A stretch of 64,000 nt of DNA. Source: a virus. The position numbers and the translations under genes were made by a program. Shown here in pieces: positions 47,173 through 54,763 of the stretch. Position 1 is the first letter of the stretch. Each line of letters starts with the position of its first letter. The notes under the pieces are model-generated. The model worked only from the letters and a program-made list of their open reading frames with translations. It made no database searches and was not told the DNA's origin. The stretch covers positions 1 to 64,000 of the IMG/VR virus record IMGVR_UViG_3300031999_000009. The stretch is one strand, 5' to 3'.

Positions 47173-47445
47173 TTGGTCGTCGGTGACTGGACGCGCGTCG
47201 CGGCGCCGGGCAACAATGGCCGCGTCACCTACAGTCTTCTGACGAGCACGAGCGCCGTGATTGAGTTGATCGTGAAGCTCGACGGCGTTCAACAGGATCG
47301 GTTGACAGGCTCTGACCTGCGGAAAGTGGCCGGCTCATACTTCCAGCTTCCGCTCCGTCGTGGAAGCTACGCGCTCACCGTGGAAGCCAAGGATGGCATC
47401 TGCACGGACGGCTCGACTCGACCGATGACGGTGGTCGTGCAGTGA
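47173..47445 (+). CDS. Ig-like beta protein, start uncertain
   Basis: GSYALTVEAKD motif; no clear RBS. Confidence 0.5.
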   Translation: MVVGDWTRVAAPGNNGRVTYSLLTSTSAVIELIVKLDGVQQDRLTGSDLRKVAGSYFQLPLRRGSYALTVEAKDGICTDGSTRPMTVVVQ

Positions 47446-47582
47446 TCTCGTTCGCCGCTGGTATGCTGGTGGTTGCGCTCGCGTTCTTCGTGTGGGATCG
47501 TAGATTCCGTCACCGGCGCTCGTCTGGCCCGCACGAGACGCTGATTATTCACATCGGGCCAGTTTCAGAACAGGAGCGTTAG
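47442..47582 (+). CDS. Small membrane protein
   Basis: GTGA-coupled; MISFAAGMLVVALAFFVWDRR. Confidence 0.55.
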   Translation: MISFAAGMLVVALAFFVWDRRFRHRRSSGPHETLIIHIGPVSEQER

Positions 47583-47897
47583 ATGTTGATTCTCACAGAC
47601 ACGCAGAAGTGCTCGCTTGCGGTCGAGCCGCGCAACTCCAAGGGCAATCTCGCCCCCGTTGACGGTGTTCCGCAGTGGTCGTCGTCGAACCCCGCCGTGG
47701 CTGACGTGCAGCCGTCGGCGGACGGCCTCACCGCCGTGGTGGTGGCTGGCGCGACGGGCAGCACGCAGATCAGCGCGACGGTGGATGCGGACCTGGGCAC
47801 CGGCGTGCGCAGCATCAACGCTGTGCTCGATGTCACGGTTGCGGCGAGCGAAGCCGTGACGCTCGGCATCTCGGCTGGCGTTCCCGAGGCTCAGTAA
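47583..47897 (+). CDS. Ig-like (Big_2-type) domain protein
   Basis: WSSSNPAVA.V motif. Confidence 0.75.
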   Translation: MLILTDTQKCSLAVEPRNSKGNLAPVDGVPQWSSSNPAVADVQPSADGLTAVVVAGATGSTQISATVDADLGTGVRSINAVLDVTVAASEAVTLGISAGVPEAQ

Positions 47898-48019
47898 GAC
47901 GGCATCGGGAGAGGCTGCATCCGGCAGAAGGGGGCCAAGCGGCCCGCTGGGACTGCCGGGCCCCATGCAGTCTCTCTCGTGCTAAGCTGGCGACTTTGGT
48001 GACGGAGGAGGAAACGACG

Positions 48020-48250
48020 ATGGAAGATACGCTTCAAGGATTGTCCTATCTGCCGGATGTGTCCGGTCGCCGCTTTGGCACGGTCGACTTCGGCTATGAC
48101 CGCATCAACAAACTCCGCGAGGAATACACCGCGCTCCTGGCGCTGGCGTCGTTGGTGTTGGGCGCACCGCCCGAGTCGTTGACGGCCGTCCAGATCGCCA
48201 ACTGCATCGGACTCCTGCAGTCCGGCGCCCTTGTGATTTCCCGCCCGTAA
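48020..48250 (+). CDS. Hypothetical protein
   Basis: GGAGG RBS. Confidence 0.55.
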   Translation: MEDTLQGLSYLPDVSGRRFGTVDFGYDRINKLREEYTALLALASLVLGAPPESLTAVQIANCIGLLQSGALVISRP

Positions 48251-48277
48251 AAGAATTCCAGAATTCTTCCGTGCGCC

Positions 48278-48306
48278 TTGACTTCTGCCAGGATTGATAG
48301 TATCAT
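48278..48306 (+). promoter_or_regulatory. Early promoter copy 1
   Basis: TTGACT-17 bp-TATCAT containing the TGATAGTATCA palindrome. Confidence 0.85.
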
Positions 48307-48353
48307 CGTCCTAGATGAAGCACGTCCAATGACGGACGGCTAGGAGGTGCCAC

Positions 48354-48512
48354 ATGGGAAAGCGCAGCGAGGTTTGCGCCTGCGGCGTGAAGGTCAAGGT
48401 TCATGCGCGTCGCAGCCGCCGGAATCAGCTCCCCGGCGTGAAGACCGATCGGTTCGGCGTTCCCCGTCCTGGTGCTGGTCGCCGCGTGAAGAAGGAGGTC
48501 GCTCGTGGCTGA
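48354..48512 (+). CDS. Small basic protein
   Basis: AGGAGGT RBS; MGKRSEVCACG... Confidence 0.55.
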   Translation: MGKRSEVCACGVKVKVHARRSRRNQLPGVKTDRFGVPRPGAGRRVKKEVARG

Positions 48513-48765
48513 CGACATGTCGGCGCGGCTCCTGGCCGCCGTTCACAAGCTGGAGGAGATCGCCCAGTCTCCGTCAGACCCGTTTCTTGACGCCGCCTTC
48601 AGGGAAGAGGCGACGCGCGTCCTGGCTCCGTTCTTCCATGTCGAACTCGATGCCGCCACTGGCGAGTGGGGCACGCGGATGGACGTCGAATTCCAGAAAG
48701 CCTATGAACAGCAGGTTATCTACCCGGAATTGCTCAAGACCTTCTCGTCGAAGGTGAAGCATTGA
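48505..48765 (+). CDS. Hypothetical protein
   Basis: AAGGAGG RBS. Confidence 0.65.
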   Translation: MADDMSARLLAAVHKLEEIAQSPSDPFLDAAFREEATRVLAPFFHVELDAATGEWGTRMDVEFQKAYEQQVIYPELLKTFSSKVKH

Positions 48766-49112
48766 GAGTCGGGTTCACGGGCACACGCGCGGGCATGTCG
48801 TCGAAGCAACTCGATGCGTTCGCCGCCGTCTTGAAAACCTATGCGATTGACGAATTCCACCACGGAGGCGCGCGTGGCGCTGACACCGAGGCGGATGCGG
48901 CCGTGAAGCTGATCGCCCCGCTTGCCGCTGTTCACGTGCTCAGGCCCAAGGGCCGCGGCGACGAGTTGGCTCGGAATCGCGTAATCGTGTCGCGCGTCGA
49001 TGTGCTGATCGCGGCGCCACTTCAGGACGAGGAAATCACGCGAAGTGGCACGTGGGCCACGATTCGCTACGCACGGGCGGCTGGAAAGCCCGTGATTCAG
49101 TTGCCGCGATGA
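48762..49112 (+). CDS. SLOG-superfamily (YspA/DUF2493-like) protein
   Basis: VGFTGTR, HHGGARGAD, RN..IV...D.LIA.P, SGTWATIRYA. Confidence 0.8.
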   Translation: MRVGFTGTRAGMSSKQLDAFAAVLKTYAIDEFHHGGARGADTEADAAVKLIAPLAAVHVLRPKGRGDELARNRVIVSRVDVLIAAPLQDEEITRSGTWATIRYARAAGKPVIQLPR

Positions 49113-49552
49113 CGATTCTGCCGACACATACGTGCTTCGACGACGCTATGGAGGTCGTCAACTTGCTGCTGAAGGAGGGCGACGCCGGTCGTATCGACAA
49201 GGCCAGGCTGGTGCATGGGATCTGCCTCGCGCCAGACGGCCCACTGGCCGGCACGCCGTTCGCGCACGCTTGGGTAGAAGACGGCACCGCGTGTATCCAA
49301 GCCGGCATGCTGAACGGCGAAAAGGTGTTCTTCGGCGTTGAGCGGGAAGAGTATTTGCGCTCCATGCGCGTGCAGGCGAGCACGTCGTATACGCTCTTGG
49401 AGGCGTGCGTGCAGAACCTCGCGAGTTTCCACTTTGGGCCGTGGGAACCTGCATATCTGGCCATCATTCGTCCAGGCGATCGGACGATTTTCTCGGAGGA
49501 CGACCATGGGCGCGACGGCGGGAGCGAACAAGGACCGGAAGCTGCTTCTTGA
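49109..49552 (+). CDS. Hypothetical protein with C...HAWVE motif
   Basis: PTHTCFDDA, LVHG and HAWVED could form a papain/transglutaminase-like triad (inference). Confidence 0.6.
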   Translation: MTILPTHTCFDDAMEVVNLLLKEGDAGRIDKARLVHGICLAPDGPLAGTPFAHAWVEDGTACIQAGMLNGEKVFFGVEREEYLRSMRVQASTSYTLLEACVQNLASFHFGPWEPAYLAIIRPGDRTIFSEDDHGRDGGSEQGPEAAS

Positions 49553-49826
49553 GAAGCGGCGCCTGATTCGGTGCGGCCACTGCCGTTACCATCGGGTCGA
49601 GAACCAGGGTCGACAGGCCAGGCCGGATCGCTACAAGGACCGGAGGCGCACGTGAGGTTGCGCTACTGCACGAACTGCGGCGCAGACACGCGGTGGCCTC
49701 GGTGGTGCGGTGACTGTTGGCGCATGGTGTGGAAAACCGTGCTGGTGCAACTGGTGGCCGCAGCGGTCACGTGGTTGGTTGGTCGCTGATTCTGAATAAT
49801 TATTCACGAATTCGCGTCTGCTGCCG

Positions 49827-49855
49827 TTGACTTCCGGCAGCGTTGATAGTATCAT
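49827..49855 (+). promoter_or_regulatory. Early promoter copy 2
   Basis: TTGACT-17 bp-TATCAT. Confidence 0.85.
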
Positions 49856-49876
49856 TTGGTGGTAGAGGAGACACAC

Positions 49877-50092
49877 ATGAAGCGACGTTCGATTGTGGAA
49901 TTCGAGAAGACCCTGCTCGCATCTATCGTGGAAGAGAAGGCCACTCTCGCGGCGATGAACGACAATGCTGCGGTGGCGCAGCGAGCGATTTCTGATCAGT
50001 CTGTGCGCGTAGCCACTCTCGAAGGCGTGGCGTTGCAGCTGTCGAAGACGGAACCCACGGAAGAGGCCGCCGAGATCGCGCAGACCGAGTAA
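49877..50092 (+). CDS. Coiled-coil hypothetical protein
   Basis: GAGGAG RBS just after the promoter. Confidence 0.65.
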   Translation: MKRRSIVEFEKTLLASIVEEKATLAAMNDNAAVAQRAISDQSVRVATLEGVALQLSKTEPTEEAAEIAQTE

Positions 50093-50147
50093 GGTTCGTT
50101 CACCCGGCGGCTGATTGACGGCCGCCAAGACAGAGGAGATGACGACG

Positions 50148-51725
50148 ATGGCGAAGAAGATCCCTCCCGTGCCTGACGACGTGACCGTCATTGCACCCGT
50201 GCCCACCGAGAAGCCGACCGCGGCTGAGAGCGCGCTTCTCCAGGCGTTCAAGGCTGCGCGCCGCGTCTCGACGCCGATCGTGGCGATCGAGACTCCTGAC
50301 GCGGCGGCCACAATCGCCATGATTCGGAAGGTGCTGAACGACAAGGCACCGACGCTCTCGTGGGATTGTGCGCGCGGCCTGAAGGGCCTCAACGATCTCG
50401 GCAAGCAGGCGATGGCCAACCTCGGTATCGACCCGCAGCTCACCGTGAACGCCACGGAGACGTTGCTGGCGTGCGAGAACCTGCCCGAATTGTCGGTGGT
50501 GTTCATGCACAACTTCCACCGTCAGGTGAACGAGGCGTCAGTTATCCAGGCGCTCTGGAACCTGCGCGACGTGTTCAAGGTCAACAAGCGGATGATCGTG
50601 CCGTTGGGCTCGAGCTTCCAGATGCCGCCGGAACTGGCCGGCGACGTCATCACCCTCGACGAACCGCTTCCGACCCGCGAGGAGCTGTCGGCGACGCTCG
50701 ACCAGCAGCACAAGAACGCGGAGCTGCCGTTGCCGTCCGAGGAAGTCAGGGAAGCAGCGTTGGACGCCCTTGTGGGGTTGTCGAGCTTCACGGCGGAGCA
50801 GGTGGCGGCGATGTCGCTCACGAAGCAGGGCGTCAACGTCGCAAAGCTGTGGGAGCGCAAGGTCAAGGCCATCCAGAACACCGACGGCCTGCGCGTGTGG
50901 CAGGGACGCCCCGGCGACACGACGATGGACGAGCTGCGCGGCATCGACAACGTGGTCGAGTTCATGCGGAAGTTGGTGCACGCCGACGCGTTCGGCGCCA
51001 TCGTCTTCATCGACGAGATGGACAAGGCGTTCGCGGGTGGCATGTCCGAGCACACCGGTGACTCGGGCGTCAGCAAGGATCAGGTCGGCACGGTGCTGAG
51101 CTACATCGAGGACACGGGCTCACTCGGCGTGTTGCTGGCCGGCGTGGCTGGCACGGGCAAGACCCAGCTGGCGAAGGCCACTGGCGTGGAAGCGGGCAAG
51201 CCGGTCATCGTGTTCGACCTCGGCGGGATGAAGGGCGGCACGGTTGGCCAGTCGGAGCGCACGATTCGCGCCGCGCTCAAGGTGGTGACGGCCACGGCGG
51301 AGGGCCGCGTGCTGTTCATCGGAACGGCGAACCGGACCACGCTGTTCACGCCAGAGCTCAACCGACGGTTCCCCGACCAGTTCTTCTACGACACGCCAGA
51401 CGACGCCGGTCGCTCGGCAATCTGGCCTGTCTACGCGGCGAAGAACGGACTGACGGCCTCGCAGGCGCACGTGCCGCAGGGCTTCGACGCTGGGTGGACT
51501 GGCGCGGAAATCAAGCGCGCCTGTGAGCGGGCGGCCTTGTTCGGCTGCACGGTGGTCGAGGCGGCGCGGTTCATCATCCCGTCCAGCGTGAGCGGCAAGC
51601 GCCAGATCGAGGCGCTCCGGCACGAAGCGGCTGGTCGGTTCCTGTCCGCCAGCTACGACGGGTTCTACCAGGTGCCGCAGGCGCCACAGGTGCCCGTCCA
51701 GCAGCGGTCGATTGAGGTGCAGTGA
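50148..51725 (+). CDS. Ycf46-like AAA+ ATPase with Walker B before Walker A
   Basis: IVFIDEMDK precedes GVAGTGKT; sensor I IGTAN, PELNRRF, WTGAEI. Confidence 0.85.
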   Translation: MAKKIPPVPDDVTVIAPVPTEKPTAAESALLQAFKAARRVSTPIVAIETPDAAATIAMIRKVLNDKAPTLSWDCARGLKGLNDLGKQAMANLGIDPQLTVNATETLLACENLPELSVVFMHNFHRQVNEASVIQALWNLRDVFKVNKRMIVPLGSSFQMPPELAGDVITLDEPLPTREELSATLDQQHKNAELPLPSEEVREAALDALVGLSSFTAEQVAAMSLTKQGVNVAKLWERKVKAIQNTDGLRVWQGRPGDTTMDELRGIDNVVEFMRKLVHADAFGAIVFIDEMDKAFAGGMSEHTGDSGVSKDQVGTVLSYIEDTGSLGVLLAGVAGTGKTQLAKATGVEAGKPVIVFDLGGMKGGTVGQSERTIRAALKVVTATAEGRVLFIGTANRTTLFTPELNRRFPDQFFYDTPDDAGRSAIWPVYAAKNGLTASQAHVPQGFDAGWTGAEIKRACERAALFGCTVVEAARFIIPSSVSGKRQIEALRHEAAGRFLSASYDGFYQVPQAPQVPVQQRSIEVQ

Positions 51726-52141
51726 TGGCAGCCGCACAAGCCGGTTGGACCGACTACGCCATCCTGCAGGCGTCCTCTGGCAACGGGAAGCAGTGGAAGG
51801 TGCAGGTCAACGTCGAGGGCTTGTTCCGGTGCAACTGCCCGTCGTTCATCTTCAGCAAGATGTCGCCCAAGACGTGCAAGCACTGCAAGCGCTGTGAGGA
51901 GCAGCGGCTGACGGAAACGAAGGTCAAGCCGGTGGCTCGTCCGGCAATCGCGCCCTACTGGGACGAGGCGATGGGCTTCCTCGATAAGATGCTGACGCAG
52001 GCCAGCGCGTCCGTGACGGCCGCACAGAAGAAGGTCATGTGCGACGTCCTGGCGACCAAGCTGGCGCTGTTCAGGCCCATGGCGGCAGCGGTGGAAGTCA
52101 CCGAGGTCGTGGGCATCCGGCGGATCACGTTCGACGACTGA
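51725..52141 (+). CDS. SWIM zinc-finger protein
   Basis: CNCPSF...CKH. Confidence 0.75.
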   Translation: MAAAQAGWTDYAILQASSGNGKQWKVQVNVEGLFRCNCPSFIFSKMSPKTCKHCKRCEEQRLTETKVKPVARPAIAPYWDEAMGFLDKMLTQASASVTAAQKKVMCDVLATKLALFRPMAAAVEVTEVVGIRRITFDD

Positions 52142-52186
52142 TCGTAAATCACCCGGCATGCGCCGGGTTCACCAAGGAGCAGGCAG

Positions 52187-52594
52187 ATGGCGAGTCTCAA
52201 CAAGGTTCAATTGATTGGCAATCTCGGGCGCGACGCAGAGCTGAAGTATCTCGCGTCCGGGGCAGCGGTGGCGACCATCAACATGGCGACCACGGAATAC
52301 TGGAACGACAAGGCTGGCCAGAAGCAGGAGAAGACCGAGTGGCACCGGGTCGTCATTTGGGGCAAGACCGCGGAGGGCCTGGCCGAGTATCTCGTGAAGG
52401 GCAAGCAGATCTACGTCGAGGGCCGGCTGCAGACCCGGCAGTGGGACGACAAGGACGGCAACAAGCGCTACACGACCGAGATCCGTGGCGATCGGGTCAT
52501 CCTGCTCGGTGGTGGCAAGGGCGGCGCGGCGCACCCGGCGGCTTCCGGTGAGGAGCCAACCGGCCAGATGCCGGACGACGACATCCCGTTCTAG
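52187..52594 (+). CDS. ssb: Single-stranded DNA-binding protein
   Basis: [38 protein letters not shown] tail. Confidence 0.97.
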   Translation: MASLNKVQLIGNLGRDAELKYLASGAAVATINMATTEYWNDKAGQKQEKTEWHRVVIWGKTAEGLAEYLVKGKQIYVEGRLQTRQWDDKDGNKRYTTEIRGDRVILLGGGKGGAAHPAASGEEPTGQMPDDDIPF

Positions 52595-52597
52595 GTC

Positions 52598-52615
52598 GAT
52601 ACCGCCGGCGGTATG
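52598..52615. repeat. 18-bp repeat containing the palindrome ATACCGCCGGCGGTAT, copy 2
   Basis: Identical to 23972-23989. Confidence 0.8.
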
Positions 52616-52619
52616 AACA

Positions 52620-52635
52620 CGTTCCACGTGGAACA
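52620..52635. promoter_or_regulatory. parS-like site
   Basis: CGTTCCACGTGGAACA (perfect GTTCCACGTGGAAC palindrome); intergenic. Confidence 0.75.
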
Positions 52636-52649
52636 CTCTGGGAGACGAC

Positions 52650-52970
52650 ATGCTGCACTACAAGCTCGACACTGACGGACAGCCTGTCGCCTGCGATCTC
52701 TTGGAGTGGGCCACGTGGTTCGAGGGCGCCGGCGCCTCACGTATCGTCGCCCAGGACATGGTCGGTGACGTGCAGGTGAGCACGGTCTTCCTCGCGCTGG
52801 ACCACGACTGGTCTGGCGCGGGGCCTCCCGTGCTCTGGGAGACGATGATCTTCGGCGGACGACACTCGGACTACCAGCGCCGCTACTCGTCGCGTGAGGC
52901 GGCCGTGGCGGGCCATGTTGAGGCGCTGGCGCTGGCGTCTGTGACACGGAACATCGAGTTGGAGGACTGA
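52650..52970 (+). CDS. Phage hypothetical protein
   Basis: VSTVFL.LDH...LWETMIFGG motif. Confidence 0.75.
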   Translation: MLHYKLDTDGQPVACDLLEWATWFEGAGASRIVAQDMVGDVQVSTVFLALDHDWSGAGPPVLWETMIFGGRHSDYQRRYSSREAAVAGHVEALALASVTRNIELED

Positions 52971-53251
52971 TGAAACGGATCACGGTGACGTGGCAGGAGA
53001 CGACCACCTACGCGGTGTCGATTGTCGTGCCGGACGACTACCCGGAGACACTCGAAGAGTTCGCCTCGCCTGAGTGGAGCGCCTACCCACCGAGCGGTGA
53101 TGGCGAGGAAGACTGGTGGGCCCGCGTCGAGGAGCAGTCACCTGATTGGATCCGGACTGGGTGCATTGAAGTGACCGACCGCACGCTCACGGACCTTGAG
53201 CTCGACACGGGGCCGGAGTCCGACCACAACCCCGCCGAGCCTCCGCTCTGA
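52970..53251 (+). CDS. Acidic hypothetical protein
   Basis: TGATG-coupled. Confidence 0.65.
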   Translation: MKRITVTWQETTTYAVSIVVPDDYPETLEEFASPEWSAYPPSGDGEEDWWARVEEQSPDWIRTGCIEVTDRTLTDLELDTGPESDHNPAEPPL

Positions 53252-53265
53252 TTCCGAGGTGACTC

Positions 53266-53436
53266 ATGACTGTTGTCGACAACGTCGTTGCAGCCTACAG
53301 ACTCGCGCTGACCGTGGCCTCCTCGCGTGAGGACGTGACGAACATCATCGCCGAATTGACCCAGAGCATCCGCGCGCTCGACGTCGTGCGCCTCGAAGGG
53401 ATCGAACAGCGTCGGAAGATGGGCACGCCCGCGTGA
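53266..53436 (+). CDS. Small hypothetical protein
   Basis: GAGGTG RBS; 56 aa. Confidence 0.55.
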   Translation: MTVVDNVVAAYRLALTVASSREDVTNIIAELTQSIRALDVVRLEGIEQRRKMGTPA

Positions 53437-53617
53437 AATTATTCGGAGCCGCCTTGGTTGCCGCCCCGTTGCTTCTTCTCACGGCCTAGTGCGCGAGTCG
53501 GGATGGCGCGTGGCGATGGCCACGTGGTTGATCGTGTCCGCCGTGGTCGCGTCGATCTCTGTCGGCGCCTGGCTCCTCGCGCACTGAAATTAGTTAAAGA
53601 TTTCGGGCGTGAGGGTG

Positions 53618-53646
53618 TTGACTCCTGCCGCGATTGATAGTATCAT
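53618..53646 (+). promoter_or_regulatory. Early promoter copy 3
   Basis: TTGACT-17 bp-TATCAT. Confidence 0.85.
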
Positions 53647-53682
53647 TGTCTTATGTTGATGGAGACGATGATGGAGACAAAC

Positions 53683-54465
53683 ATGACCACTTGGGAATTC
53701 CCGAGCACCACGACAAGCGAGATTCACACCGTCACCCTGGTCGACCCGCGCACGAAGTTTCTGACGTGCACCTGCACTGGTTTCAAGTATCGCCGCGACT
53801 GCTGGCACACCAAGGCGGTCGCCGAAAAGATTTCCCCGGCGGTGGCACCGGCTGACAACAAATTTCTTCGAGCCGCGCTCGACTATCACAAGATGGGCTA
53901 CCACGTGATTCCGGTCGAGCCGAACGGCAAGCGGCCACTCGTGCAGTGGAAAGATTTCATGACCGTCAAGCCGACGCTGGGCCAGATCAAGACCTGGTGG
54001 ATGCGCACCCCGAACGCCAACGTGGCGATTGTGCTCGGCCAGAACCGGTTTGCGGTGGACCTGGACGGCGGCGCCGAAGCCGAAAAATTATTGGCGGACG
54101 CGGGCATCGAGCTTCCCGCCGACGCGCCCCGCAGCAAGACAGGCGGCGGCAATCACGTGTTCCTGTCCGCGCCCACGCCGCAACCTGACCGAATCGGTCT
54201 GCTGAAGGCGGCCGAGCCGCTGGCCGGCGCACTGCCCACGCCGAAGGGCAAGCTGCGCCACGCGCAAATCGACATCCGCGGCCTCGGAATAATTATCGCG
54301 GCCCCGTCCGTGCACCCGAGCGGTGCCGTCTACACGTGGCTGTCGCCGCTGACGGCCACGCCGCCGATGGCGTCGGACGCGCTGCTGGAGCTCATCGCCT
54401 ACGTGCCTCCGCCGCCACCGAAGAAGCCGCGGGCGCCGCGCAAGGCAAAGGTCGTGGTGTCATGA
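53683..54465 (+). CDS. SWIM finger plus bifunctional primase-polymerase (Prim-Pol)
   Basis: CTCTGF..CWH; ALDY..GY.VIP, KRP, AVDLD, TGGGNH.F, DIRG, APSVH. Confidence 0.85.
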   Translation: MTTWEFPSTTTSEIHTVTLVDPRTKFLTCTCTGFKYRRDCWHTKAVAEKISPAVAPADNKFLRAALDYHKMGYHVIPVEPNGKRPLVQWKDFMTVKPTLGQIKTWWMRTPNANVAIVLGQNRFAVDLDGGAEAEKLLADAGIELPADAPRSKTGGGNHVFLSAPTPQPDRIGLLKAAEPLAGALPTPKGKLRHAQIDIRGLGIIIAAPSVHPSGAVYTWLSPLTATPPMASDALLELIAYVPPPPPKKPRAPRKAKVVVS

Positions 54466-54535
54466 AGAAAATAATTCTCCTGGCCACCTTCTGCTGGCTC
54501 GTGCTGCTGCTCGGTCAATACGCGGGGCAGCACGG

Positions 54536-54763
54536 ATGGTAGTCGCGACCTACCCGTCGTCGACTGAGCCTGGCGTCACACACACCGTCACGGTGAAGAC
54601 GCGCCCCGGCACCAGGCAGGTGGCGTTGAAGTGCACGTGTAAAGGGTTCACGCGCGCGGCGCGCTGGCACTCCTGCTGGCATGTCCGCGAGGTGGCTCAA
54701 CGAAATAATTATTTGACCGTGGTCGGCGGCGAGCTGTTCGGCTACACACCGGAGGCCAAATGA
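54536..54763 (+). CDS. SWIM zinc-finger protein
   Basis: CTCKGF...CWH. Confidence 0.7.
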   Translation: MVVATYPSSTEPGVTHTVTVKTRPGTRQVALKCTCKGFTRAARWHSCWHVREVAQRNNYLTVVGGELFGYTPEAK

